Below, piece after piece: positions 37,640 through 49,529 of a stretch of 64,000 nucleotides of DNA. The stretch is from Eremomyces bilateralis CBS 781.70 (taxonomy: Eukaryota): the NCBI GenBank assembly GCA_010015585.1, contig ML975172.1; one strand, written 5' to 3'. Made by a program: the position numbers and the translations under genes. The first letter of the stretch is position 1, and each line of letters begins with the position of its first letter. The notes under the pieces were generated by a model, which was given only the letters and a program-made list of their open reading frames with translations, did no database searches and was not told where the DNA came from.

Positions 37640-38935
37640 AACTACGCCATAAGTCTGTTCAGAGTCTACGCACAACAAAATTCAGGCCTGACACCACCAT
37701 ATCTTCCACCATCAATATCTCCACGAAAATGAGGTCGTTTGGTACAGAAATTAGTGGCAATCGACGGCAAAATGCTGAATTATCCGAGAATCAAAGAGCT
37801 GGGATTTTAGAGGCTGTTTCCGGGGGGAAAACTAAGGCCGCGGTGGCAGAGGAGTTTCAGGTCGCAGAACGGACGGTGTACAAGACCTTGCAACGCTGGG
37901 AAGAGCACCACATCACTCAATCTAAACCCCGCCAAGGGGCCCCCCTAAAATTATCGCGTCGCGACGAACGATATCTTGTACAGTACGCACGCCGGTTCCC
38001 CACGGTTGAGTACAGCGAGCTCGTTCAAAGCGTCCGCCATATGCGAGTCTCAAAGACAACGATATACCGGACTCTTAAGAAACACCACCTTACAAAGTGG
38101 CGAGCACGGAAAAGGCCTCATCTGTAGCCCGGGCACGCAAAAAACCGGCTTCAATTTGCCCGCGAGTATCAACATTTCGACTTCTCTGGGTCCACTCAAC
38201 CGACGAGTGCTCCTATGAGAAGGGGGCGGGCGGTAAGCGCGTCTGGGTATGGCGCTTTTATCACGAGGCATACGATCCACGTATGATCGAGCCAAAGACT
38301 TCTGGTAAGGCGATTTCGCGGATGATCTGGGGCTCAATCTCGCGTGAGGGGAGGTCAGATCTGGTGATCATGGACCGCGACGAAGACTCCCCCAGGCAAG
38401 GATATTCCGCGAAATCCTATATCGCTACATGGAGGAGGGACTCCTCCCTACGTACGATCCCGGGGATGTTATGATACAGGATAACGCAAGGGTTCATACT
38501 GCGAAACTCACGCAGGAATGGCTGGAGACTCACGGTATTTGGGTGCTCGATTGGCCAGCTAATTCTCCGGACCTGAACCCCATCGAACACATGTGGCACT
38601 TACTTAAAAGCAAAGTCCTAGAGCTCCACCCTGAATTGAAACAGATGGGCTCATCAGAGGAGGTACGGGAGGCGATGAATGCCGCGTTGAAAGAGGCGTG
38701 GTGGGCAGTGCCTCAGGAAACGATTACCAAGCTAATTGACTCAATTCCGCGGCGGTTACGGGCGGTAATTAAAGCAAAAGGATGGCATACCAAACACTAG
38801 GCTATTCCTAATTAGACAATCTGAAAAAAGTATACTGATCGCTTTCTCTACGCTTTTGAGCGTTTCTCGCAAAGGGGTGGTGATGGGAAAAAATCACGTG
38901 GTTGACGACCCTGAACAGACTTATGGCGTGTTATT
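37640..38935 (+). mobile_element. Tc1/mariner DNA transposon, full length, disrupted transposase (37729-38800)
   Basis: Inverted repeat ACGCCATAAGTCTGTTCAG at 37644 and 38911-38929; HTH N-terminus, TDEC, QDNARVH, WPANSPDLNPIE (DD34E); TAG at 38125 and frameshifts. Confidence 0.92.
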
Positions 38936-38967
38936 GTAGTTAACTAGTTAACTTAACTAACTAACTA

Positions 38968-40813
38968 ACGTAATCCACCAGCGAGTCGCCCAAACCACCG
39001 AGTCGCCCACTTCATCTCCGTAACAGCGATCATCACGATTTTTTCGCAATGTCTCAACAACAGAGCCCTCAATTACCTTCAAATGAAGCTAGAATGAACC
39101 TAGCCATCCAGACTATCGAACAAGACCAAGTTCAATCAATTCGAGAAGCTGCAAAAGCTTACAACGTCCCGTGGAGTACCTTACGTGACCGCCGCAACGG
39201 AATGACTGCACGAAGCGATTGTGTCCCGAATTCGAAAAAGCTCTCAAATATGGAAGAAAGGGTGATTATCGACTACTGCCTCGATGTCGACGCGCGCGGA
39301 TTTCAGCTCAATTACGATATGTTGCGAGATATAGCCAACAAGCTACTCAGCGATCGCGGTCAGGCTCACGTTGGTATCAATTGGCCGTCAAGATTCGTAC
39401 AACGCGTTCCAGAGCTCAAAACACGTGTTAATCGAAAGTACGACTATAAAAGAGCCCTGAACGAAGATCCAGAGATTATTGGCGCGTGGTTTCGCCTCGT
39501 ACGCAACGTGAAGGCAAAATACGGTATCCTGGATGAAGATACATACAACTTTGATGAAGTTGGCTTTCAAATGGGCGTAATCGGGACGCGCATGGTCATC
39601 ACGGGTACCGAACGACGTCAGACTCCAAAAACCTTGCAGCCAGGCAATACAGAATGGGTGACATCGATCATTGCTGCCAGCGCGCAAGGTTGGATTGTCC
39701 CACCCTTCATCATCTTCAAAAGCGCTCGACATTACAATACCTGGTACGAGGCGATTGCGGATAGGCCTGATTGGGTTCTATCAGTTAGCGAGAAGGGCTG
39801 GACGTCCCTTGAGCATGGATTTGAGTGGTTAAAGCATTTTAATCGCTTCACAGAAGACCGTACGACTGGCGCCTATCGGCTTCTGATTATGGATGGCCAT
39901 AACAGCCATGACACTATCCAATTCCAGGATTTCTGCAAGGACCAGAAGATTATTACTCTCTGCATGCCTTCGCATTCATCTCATTTGCTACAACCCCTCG
40001 ACGTTGGCTGTTTTGGGCCATTAAAGCGCGCGTATAGCAAGGAGATTGAGGACTTTATCCGGTGCCGCATCAACCACATCACGAAAGAGGACTTTTTACC
40101 TGCTTTCAAGACCGCCTTCGAAAAAGCAATTGCTACGGAGAATATCCAGGGCGCCTTCAAAGGCGCAGGATTAGTGCCTTTCGATCCAGAAGCTGTTATT
40201 TCAAAGCTTGATGTCCGATTACAGACCCCGACGCCATTACCAGAGATCACTCAATGGGAGTCGCAAACACCACGCAACGTCGCTGAAATAAGGTCCCAAA
40301 CAGAGTACATACGACAGCGCCTTCAAAGAGATCAAAATACCTCCCCAACACCGCTTTTAGAAAGCTTTTCAAGCCTTGAAAAGGGTGTTCAAATGGTCGC
40401 GCACGGAGCTTCAATCATGGAGGTCGAGATAGGAAAGCTTCGGAAGGCAAACGAGACGCTATCAAAGCGCAAACAACGCAAAAAAAAGGTGCTTAAGGGC
40501 GCTAATACGCGCTCAATTACTGATGGGCTTGAATTAGCTGTACAACGTCGGGATCAAGATATAATCAGTGAAAATGGTACTTCTAATGACGTTCCCGCAA
40601 GGCGCCAGCGACGTTGCGGACGCTGTCGCGAGCCAGGACATCGCGTTGAGACCTGTACAATGCCTCAATTAGCTATACCAGAAAACGTAGATCCTAGCCT
40701 ACTTCCTAATTAATAAATTGCTTCAGTAGTTGTTGAGATATTCAGGTTACGGTAGTGGGCCACGGTTGAGGTGGGCGACTCGGTGGTTTGGGCGACTCGC
40801 TGGTGGATTACGT
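38968..40813 (+). mobile_element. Fot1/pogo-like DNA transposon, apparently intact
   Basis: Perfect 43-bp TIRs (ACGTAATCCACCAGCGAGTCGCCCAAACCACCGAGTCGCCCAC), TA on both sides, uninterrupted transposase. Confidence 0.97.
39049..40713 (+). CDS. Fot1/pogo transposase (HTH_psq, CENP-B HTH, DDE_1, C-terminal CCHC)
   Basis: YNFDEVGF, LIMDGHNSH, SHLLQPLDVGCF, RCGRCREPGHRVETC. Confidence 0.96.
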   Translation: MSQQQSPQLPSNEARMNLAIQTIEQDQVQSIREAAKAYNVPWSTLRDRRNGMTARSDCVPNSKKLSNMEERVIIDYCLDVDARGFQLNYDMLRDIANKLLSDRGQAHVGINWPSRFVQRVPELKTRVNRKYDYKRALNEDPEIIGAWFRLVRNVKAKYGILDEDTYNFDEVGFQMGVIGTRMVITGTERRQTPKTLQPGNTEWVTSIIAASAQGWIVPPFIIFKSARHYNTWYEAIADRPDWVLSVSEKGWTSLEHGFEWLKHFNRFTEDRTTGAYRLLIMDGHNSHDTIQFQDFCKDQKIITLCMPSHSSHLLQPLDVGCFGPLKRAYSKEIEDFIRCRINHITKEDFLPAFKTAFEKAIATENIQGAFKGAGLVPFDPEAVISKLDVRLQTPTPLPEITQWESQTPRNVAEIRSQTEYIRQRLQRDQNTSPTPLLESFSSLEKGVQMVAHGASIMEVEIGKLRKANETLSKRKQRKKKVLKGANTRSITDGLELAVQRRDQDIISENGTSNDVPARRQRRCGRCREPGHRVETCTMPQLAIPENVDPSLLPN

Positions 40814-40863
40814 TAGTTAACTAAGTTAACTTAACTATCGATAACTAACTAACTATCCAACCT

Positions 40864-41350
40864 TTAACTCCCTTTGCCAAACGTGACCCCACTAATTATT
40901 CCCGAGTTGTGACCTAACTGCCATCCTGAACTATTGCTGCCTGAGAAGACCATCGTACAATGTGAATCATGTTTGTCGCGTGGCTCTTGCCCTGGCAAGC
41001 TAGATCGCAATTGCGAGCACACAACCTCAGAAGTGACCTGGCCAGCCTTGAGTAGGCGTGGTTGCTCTTCGACTTCCTGAATTGCTAGCGCACGCTGAGC
41101 GCCGCCATCTTTTTCATCCTCTGGCTCTTCCTGGAAATGCTCTCCCCGCTTCTGGACCTTGTCTTATTGCTTTCTTGTGGCCTCAATATGCTCCTGAATG
41201 GCCTTCTCTAGAGTTTGTACTTGCTCTATAAGCTTCTTGTGGTCGGTGTCGGCACCACATTGTGATCGGAGCCGAACAATGCTTCTGGAATATTAGTTTG
41301 TGTGTCCCAAATAAAATAGAAGAGCAGGCACACAGTTGGGTGCTTTCTAT
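40864..41350 (-). pseudogene. Small helical protein with C-terminal PP/RHIM-like amyloid signalling motif (damaged)
   Basis: Intron 41285-41333; frame ..KLIEQVQTLEKAIQEHIEATRKQ*DKVQ...TMVFSGSNSSGWQLGHNSGIISGVTFGKGS*; one CAA->TAA-type stop; possible ATG->ATA start. Confidence 0.65.
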
Positions 41351-41569
41351 GCGAGGGTAAAATGGAGGGGAAGTGACGCAAGACCTTTGGAGCAAATAAC
41401 AGTCTCAGGTTGTGTAGTGCGGACAGGGGAGAACAGAAGACAACGATTCGAAGAACGCGAAGAGTAGGAGGGCGGCACCATTTGAAATGAACTTCGTGGA
41501 ATCCCAAAGATCTAGAAGTCCAGGCACAATGTCACTTAGCGGTTGTGTAAGCAGTACCATACTACAAAG

Positions 41570-43450
41570 ATACTACACGAAAACGGAGCATCTGATAGCA
41601 GAGCACAGGAATATAAACTACAAAACAGAAACCAGACAGAGTTCCAGACATACTACATAAGAAAATAGGAAACAGAAACCGGACCACAAACGCCAGGCCC
41701 ATAGACCACAGAAAACAACCACATAGACCCACAGACCACAGGAAACGAAACACAGACCCAGAGAGGACAGAAAACGAAATGGCGCGAAGGGATGAGGAGA
41801 GAGGGGAGAGAGGAGGAGAGAGGGGAGAGAGGAGGGGGGGAGGAAAAAGGAGAAGAGAAAAGAAAGGAGAGAGGGGAAAGGAGAGGGGACAAGGGGGAGA
41901 AGAACGGGGGCTAACCGCCGGACCCAGAGTCGCGGGAGCGAGGAGGGGGTGCCGTAAGGGCAAACGACATTGTCGCTAGTGTATCTTTTTGAAGCGGTGT
42001 GGGTCCTTTCTGCCTAGAGCTAATATCAAACAGCTCTTTAAAACACTCCATATCTACATCCTCAAACGGCTCTGCAAGGCACATTGAATACCAAGCTTTA
42101 TGAAGCTTGATTTCGCTGCTTCGGAGCCAGTCTTTCTCTCCACGCTCTGCCTGAAAAATCCCCCACACGAACGAGCCCAGGGATATATACATGGCTATTT
42201 ACGTTAGTTTACAAACGAAACACAGTTTTAAATGGACATAATAACAGAATATAGTTTCGAATAACCAAATGCGGATTTAAATAGACAAATAGAAGGATAA
42301 AGTTAGAGGGAATACATATCTAGATGGATAAAATGCAGATTCAAATGGACAGCTAGATAAAACATAGGCAAAAGATAGATAAAACACGGATAACTAACTA
42401 TATAAAATATTTAACTTACACTTGCAATAAAGTTTCCCCAACTCAGAGGACCTGTCTACATCTAGATATCCCTTCATATAATACCACATATTAAGAAAGT
42501 CTTCCGAAGAGAACTTCTCGCCGAGATGGATGGCAACACCAGTGACATCAAGTCAAGATAAAGACTTGATTTAGGAGCACGTTCTGCTCGAGCCGGTCCT
42601 ACATATGTAGTGGTTAAATACTTAAACATTGAATTCTGGATTTGGACATATAGATCTGGAGTGAGATATGGAGATCTAGAGTTGGATCTATGCTTCTGGA
42701 ACTTGACTTCTGGATATGGAGTTTTGGAGATTTGAACTTGATTTGAACTTGATTTGAACATTAAAATGGACTTTGAAAATGGACTTGAAAATGGAATCTA
42801 GACTTAGGGACTTAGAATTTTGAACTTACTCTCATTTTCTCGAAGGTATATAGATATTGAACGATTTGACTTGATCTTTAAAGACCTGTTTGGCCCGGCG
42901 CTAGAGGGCAGAATCCGCAGTCATGTCGGCCGGAAAATCCTGGCCGTACACCTTCCGGATCGACGAAGGGTGGGCATCGGCGTTCTGGTTGAGGAACTAA
43001 CTCCACCGAGTTTCGCGCCCAAATTGCTTTGATAGTGACAGGAAATCAAGCTCGGACTGGGACACTTGTCCGTTCTTGGTCTGCTTACTGCGCTTCTTCG
43101 GCGCAGAGAGCTCTTCGCGGCGCTTTCGCTTGCGTGCCTATACCACCAAACGAGTCAATTACTACAATTTATATGGATTTACTAGGGAATTATAGTAAAT
43201 GATTCATAGGGATATAAAAACAAGTAAACTTACGCGTGGAGAAAGGGAATCTTCCTGAAGAGAAGCAGTCCCATCTTCAAAATCGAGAGGAGCCTATACC
43301 ACCGAAACCGAGTTCTGCTGCCCCATAGACATTCTCTATAGCTTAATGGCAAGGAGATCTTTCTATGATAATTATAGATAAAATTATAGAAATCTCTAAA
43401 CTGCGTTTGATGATGGCGGCACAGATGGTGAAATGGGCCTACAGATAAAA
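41570..43450 (-). other. Unidentified RIP-like degraded element or gene with low-complexity tracts
   Basis: A/C-rich repeats 41600-41780, polypurine tract 41790-41910, AT-rich 42200-42480, GGACTT(T)GAAAAT repeats at about 42770; interrupted minus-strand coding frames with a GTAAGT donor at about 43232. Confidence 0.4.
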
Positions 43451-44364
43451 TGACACACAGCTCAGAGTTCTGGCTTTCATAGAAGACCTCATTCAGTGGT
43501 TATGTAGCGTTTAATGGTAGATCAACGAGTTTGCACTAGTGACCAGCATAGGAGGGTTATTGATGTATTTAGCGCGGAGCCCAATTGAGCACCCTGACTT
43601 GAAGCTCACTCGGGATATACTATACCGACCAGGTCACGTAACTAATGAAGCCGTTTGGGCTGCATATATAAACTGCGGAGTGTCCTAGTGCTTTACTAGT
43701 AGGTGGGATCCTGAATTGCCTTGTCCTGAAGATAATGCAATTCGGGGTGCGTCGTCTAACTATAGTAAGTTATGGGAGATGCTTCGAAAGACGAAGATTG
43801 ACAAGCAATAATGATTAATTAAAGCGACAGAAAGGTCAAGGTGACTAAGCTAAAATCACGTGACTCGGAGCTCGGAGTTCGGTCCATTCAAAATTCCGAA
43901 CCAGCGATGTGGCGTAATTATGCCTAATTTCGCCTAAGGCATCATATACCGGGATCGCCACAATTTCAGTGATTACTCAATCAAAACGAACCTCCTCAAG
44001 TCGTCAACGACCACGCAATTCCTCCACCTTCGACGCAGCCCTGGCTTGATATCGCAGCGATGAGTCGACGCGTGGCATTTAGCCGCCTTCCGTAAACAGT
44101 CTCGATAGTAGCTTCTAGCTACTTCGCGCTTCACATAGAGCGCGACCGGCCAATAGAATAGATGATTACGTTGGTTTATCCACTGATCAATCTTGAGAGG
44201 CGAGATTGCGTATGCTTCTCTGCCTGTCCTGGAAGCGTGTATAAAACGAGGTTTGGTATTGTATTTTCGAGTCTCAATAAAGCAATTCGATCAATCTCAC
44301 ATTCACGTACACCATCACCCAAATCTATTTCACAGTTTTTTGACCATCTCTTTATCGATCCAAC

Positions 44365-45243
44365 ATGCCGTCCATCAGATATATCAACCAATCCGCTCCA
44401 TTCTGGGACTTCGTCGCCGGCCTCGAAGACCAGGGAACCAACCATCCTTTCTTCGCCGCCCATACTTCTGAAGGCGGCCACCCAGGGTGGACAGGTCCCC
44501 CTCACCACGGCTGGCGTCTCTGGCAGCAACGTCAGGAGCAAGCAGCCCAACCTGGACCTTCAAATACTGAGAAAGACACCGCACGAGAGAGTGATGGCGA
44601 GACCTTAGCTCCCGAGGGCGACTCGTCCGCTGCGAAGGAAAAGTCGTCGGAGACCACTCCGGAAGGCGCCCAGAACCCTGAACATCCCCGATGCGGTCGA
44701 CGAGGAGGATGGGGCCGTAATGGATGGGGTGGCCGGCGTGGTGGTCGTCATGGTTGGGGCCGTGGAGGTCCATGGGGTGGCCCAGGTGCCTTCAGTGTCG
44801 GCGCCGGACCTTTCGGTCTTGGACAATTTGCGGAGATATTCAACTCACAACTGTTTGGAGGCGAACAAGGCGAGAAGAGTCAGGATGACTTCACTCCCGA
44901 CGCCGATGTCTTCGATACCGAAACGGAATACGTCATCCATGTGTCGCTGCCCGGTGCGAATCGAAATGATATCGGAGTGAACTGGGATGCGGACAAGAGC
45001 GAGTTGAGCATCGCCGGTGTCGTTCACCGCCCGGGTGATGAAGAGTTCTTGAAGACTCTAGCGTTGAATGAGCGGAAGGTCGGGCCGTTTGAGAGGAAGA
45101 TTCGCTTGGGAACTCGTGCCAATCCGGCTCAGGTTGATGTCGATGGGATCACGGCCAAGTTGGAGGATGGTATCCTGCGCATTGAAGTTCCGAAGAAGGA
45201 CAAGGACGACTTTGTTCGTGTGCAGAAGGTTGATATTGAATAG
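44365..45243 (+). CDS. Small heat-shock protein (Hsp20/alpha-crystallin)
   Basis: FTPDADVFDT..YVIHVSLPG..ERKVGPFERKIRLG..ITAKLEDGILRIEVPK; TATAAAA at about 44240. Confidence 0.92.
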   Translation: MPSIRYINQSAPFWDFVAGLEDQGTNHPFFAAHTSEGGHPGWTGPPHHGWRLWQQRQEQAAQPGPSNTEKDTARESDGETLAPEGDSSAAKEKSSETTPEGAQNPEHPRCGRRGGWGRNGWGGRRGGRHGWGRGGPWGGPGAFSVGAGPFGLGQFAEIFNSQLFGGEQGEKSQDDFTPDADVFDTETEYVIHVSLPGANRNDIGVNWDADKSELSIAGVVHRPGDEEFLKTLALNERKVGPFERKIRLGTRANPAQVDVDGITAKLEDGILRIEVPKKDKDDFVRVQKVDIE

Positions 45244-45747
45244 TTGTTGTGGCTGGAGTGTTAGTGTGAACCGTACATGTCTTTCCTTCAATTAGCAATA
45301 CCATAGCATCTGCAACGAAACAATCATGAATCCACGCACTGTATTGATATGAGACAATGTGATGTTCGTAAGAACATTCCAGCAAGAGAGCCAACAGGAA
45401 CATAGGCACGATGCGATTGGTCCAACTTGTTTTCAATCTGGTAGCACGGCTCCCGGTTGGCTGCAGGCGATTCACTGTTTCATCATCAGCACACCACATC
45501 TTTCATATGTTGTCATTCCCGAATCTAGGATTCATGCACATGGCGAAGCTGTCAACACGTCACTGGCTAGCCCGAAACGGGGCCGTATGAAGCTAGGATA
45601 CTACGGACAGTGGCCTGAGCTGGCCTAGCATCTATCTAAATCTATGTATATTTCCATGCCTTCGACATGCCAAACATTAATGTTCGAATCCCAGATATAA
45701 AGAAACACATGTGTACTTACTCACTCATCCTGCCTATCGCACGCAAG

Positions 45748-46782
45748 TTATGCCATGGGATCCAGCTGGATGCGCGAACCACCACCTCCCTTGAGTAACC
45801 GACCAATTTCTGAAGGATGTATCAAGTTCATAACAACCACTGCCGCCGCAATGAGCAACGAATCGAAGACGTAGAGGTACACCTCCTTCGACAACAGATA
45901 CCCGTTAAACCCCTGCAAATACTCGATCACACGGAAGATCGATCGAACGAAGATGAGGAGGCTCGTGGCGTACAGGGCGCCCATGTGCTTCTGCCATGGC
46001 ATAACGTGGGCGAGCTGAGTGGGGACTTTCCGCAGTCGGAAATGGAAGAGAGCGCCGGCGATGACGAAGAGCCCAAAGAAGATGATCTGGATGAACAAGC
46101 CGCCGACGATGATATTGCTGCCGGCGTCCACGCTCTTTTGTGTGTCAGCTACGGCGAGGAGCCCGCCTCTGCGATGAATTAGTCTCAGAATGCATTTATT
46201 TAGGTACAGCCTATGGAAGGCGGAGAAGCGGAAATTGCGGTAGTTCTCACCCGGCGCCTTGCATGCAAAAAGACAGGACATCTCCCGTCACGAAGATTTT
46301 CGTCATCCACGTCCGACGAACGAACAGGTGGGATTCTCCATCAACCATCAGGACAATCCGCCCGAGTTCCATATAGATCGAAGCCGCCAGGAAAGCCGGC
46401 GCCACGAGGACGAACAGGGTTTGGATCAGATACGGCCCAAGAGTCCACTCCCCATTTTCCTGCGTCGCCGAGACAGTGCGTCCAACGTAACCAACTGCTT
46501 CCACTAGAAAAATGTTAGGTATTGGTTCTCTTTGGGGAATCGCTTCTCTTAGGGATAAGAGGGTCGCGAAATGACAATGGACATACTGAGAACGCCCAGG
46601 ACGAACGGAACGAAGAACCATGTTCGCGTTCGGATCATCTGGAAGGAATGCCATGCTGTCAGGACGAAGAATACTACGGTAAAGATGATCGCGGCGGCGA
46701 GATTCGGTTCATAGTGGTAGTATTCGAAGTCCACTAGACTTGTATCATGACCTTCACGTCGCGCAAATATATTTGAGGTCAT
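45748..46782 (-). CDS. RTA1-like lipid-translocating exporter family membrane protein, 3 exons
   Basis: YYHYEPNLAAA, LVAPAFLAASIYMELGRI, TKIFVTGDVLSFCMQGAG, VRSIFRVIEYLQG, EVYLYVFDS. Confidence 0.92.
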
Positions 46783-47667
46783 CCTTTATCGTCCCTCACA
46801 CGACTCCGCAGGGGTGGAGAGATTCAAACGAAGGATTGGAGAGCGTGTTCTGGCTCGGCTCAGAAGGAGTGCATAATAGCGAATGTCGATCTATATAAAT
46901 CCCAAATCCCAAACAGCAAAATTGCATCCTTAGATGCGAGCTACTAATGACTACGTCGATCCTTAAAAGTTCTAGGCCGTATTTTTCCCCTTTGCCCTAT
47001 TTCGCAATTCTTGCGAGGCTCTTGCCCGCTAGCGCAGAGATAACCCCTTTTATAGGGCGCTCTAGGGATCGGACTAGGAATCCATCCAATCAGAACACGC
47101 TCTTTACTACAACATTCAGCTATACGATGCTGTTTTGATGTCCACCTAAGCTGGGGTGGTTCCTTCGGCATGGGTCTCCATCTCCGATTCGGGAATCGAT
47201 CCGAAATCGTTGCTCCCTGAGGGGTTCCCACGTGCGTGAAAGTCGACGACGTCCAACCGCATTTTTCTCATGTTGACGAACCTTTGCAATATTCCATGTG
47301 CAGGAGTTCAAATGTGAAAAGGAGTTCGCGATATGTTTGGGGAATACGATCCCCAGAGGAACTGGTGTCTTCATCCTATTCCCCAGCCACTGTCGCCTCC
47401 GCAACATCTGGACTGGATCCATGGATGATGGATGGTTCTTGCAAGAACCAGACTATTGTTGAATATGGCTACGCTCTACGACCGGTATTCCCTCAATGCC
47501 ATAGTGACCAAAGAATGTCCTCGTATACCAAATGCAGGTCGCGTCTGGGCAACCGATCGCATAGAATTGGCCATTATCGGCATTGCTACGAAGCTCGTCA
47601 TGAACCATGACGTTCCCCGAGCCTTCGCATTCTCGTCACGGAAGTATCATACATCCCCCAGAACTCC

Positions 47668-48879
47668 TTACTTACTTGTGTCGAGAACATAACGTCCCGC
47701 GATCTTTCCTGCCTTCATCATATCAAAAACATTTCCTAGCTCCGACAGACCGACAACTTTAAACGGTGCCTTGATCTGCCCCCGGCGGAAGAACTCAATC
47801 GCTTCCGCCGAATCGATCCGGTTGCCGACATAGGATCCGCGGATGCTAACCATGCGGACCACCGTCTGGAAGACAGGTGCCTTGAGATATGCGTTTGCGG
47901 GAAGACCGATGCAGACGACAATGCCTCTCGGGCGAACGTACTATTCAAGTCAGCGTCTGCTCGTCTCGATCACCAGTTGTTGACCCCAGCATCCCTAAAC
48001 ATACCTCCGTTGCCTGTTGGAATGGCTTCTCATTCACCGCCACCAACAGCACCGCATGCGGCCCCATCCCATCCTCCGTGCACGCCTGCACATCTTTCAC
48101 GATATCCTTGCTCGTCGCGAAATCCACAAACGACGCGCTGCCCAGCTGCTCAATGCACATCTTCCGCTTCTCCTCCCCTGTATCGATCGCGATACACCGC
48201 AACCCCATCGCCTTCGCGTACTGCTGCGCCAGCGACCCCAGGCCGCCACCCGCGCCGACGATCGCGACCGTTTGTCCGGGGCGCGCGCCGGACTCTTTGA
48301 GGCCTTTGTAGACGGTGATGCCGGCGCAGAGCACGGGGGCGATGGCGTCGAGGGGCACTTCTTTGGGGATGCGGGACACGTGCGCTGCTTTGCCGATGCA
48401 GTATTGCTGGAAGGTGCCGTCAACCGTGTAGCCGGATAAGGTCGCCTTTTGGCAGAGCGGCTCGTCGGCGGCTTGACAGAACGAGCATTGGAGACAGGTG
48501 CCGTTGATCCACTGCGGAGGTGTGTGTGTAAGCCTGCGGCCATTTCACGAGGGGTGTTGGAGACAATAAGTGGCGGGGTGGAAGAGCGTACCTTAACGCC
48601 GACGTGCTCGCCGAGCGGAATGTCCTCGACCAGCTCGCCCTTCGCGACGACTATGCCCGCGCCTTCGTGGCCGCCAACGAGCGGCATCTTGCGGTCCAGC
48701 GGCCAGTCGCCCATCATGGCATGGTAGTCCGTATGGCAGACGCCCGAGTACTTGATGTTCACGAGGACCTCATCCGGACCAGGTTTCGGGGTATCGACTT
48801 GCTTGTAAGTGACCGGACCGCCGGTCTTCTCTGTGACTTGAGCCCATTGCTTCGCTGGGACTTCGTATGTCGGGGCCAT
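47668..48879 (-). CDS. adh1: Zinc-dependent alcohol dehydrogenase I, 3 exons
   Basis: [47 protein letters not shown]. Confidence 0.93.
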
Positions 48880-49529
48880 TTTGGTGGGTGGGTAGAGAAT
48901 GGACGGCAGTTAGGACGAGACTGGGAATGTAAGGAGGAACTTCTGGATAGTAGTGATGTGATGGAAGTAACGGTTTAAACGAAAAGCAAACCTGACGACG
49001 TAATGGACCCTGATATATGTTTACATTTGGAAATGGATGTAGCCATTGCATGGAACGTGAACCCATGGTTTTACAAATCATATTTCCAGTTGTCCGGAAG
49101 GCAATACGCGTCAAAAATACCCAATGTAGGCCATCTACACCGTTTGAGAATGTAACATTCAACGCGCCTGACAGCAAAATACAGTTGATCTTCTGAAGCT
49201 CAATGCGGGGAGGTGGGCTGAGATTGTATCATGCCGTGCGTAGATGAAGCCAACAACCAATGACACCAAATTCTGACCTTGAGCGATCAAGGGTTCTTCC
49301 CCACACATTTCCTCGATCTGTTGATCGTTTGATCATGGAATTCGAATACGGGTCGATTTCGGCATGTTTAGCATCCGCTTGACCGCGTCCCTCACCCCAT
49401 CATGCGCTCGCCCGTGATGCTCGGAATATTGCCCCTGCGGAATCACGCGGTGACTCAAGCTAAAGTCGGCAATATGCTACTAGGTATGTACAAGATTCTT
49501 ATCGATTCATCTAGGCCTCAACGTCGAGG

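Noticed and set aside
27400..43600. Starship giant transposon
   Set aside because: No DUF3435-like tyrosine recombinase or boundary direct repeats recognised
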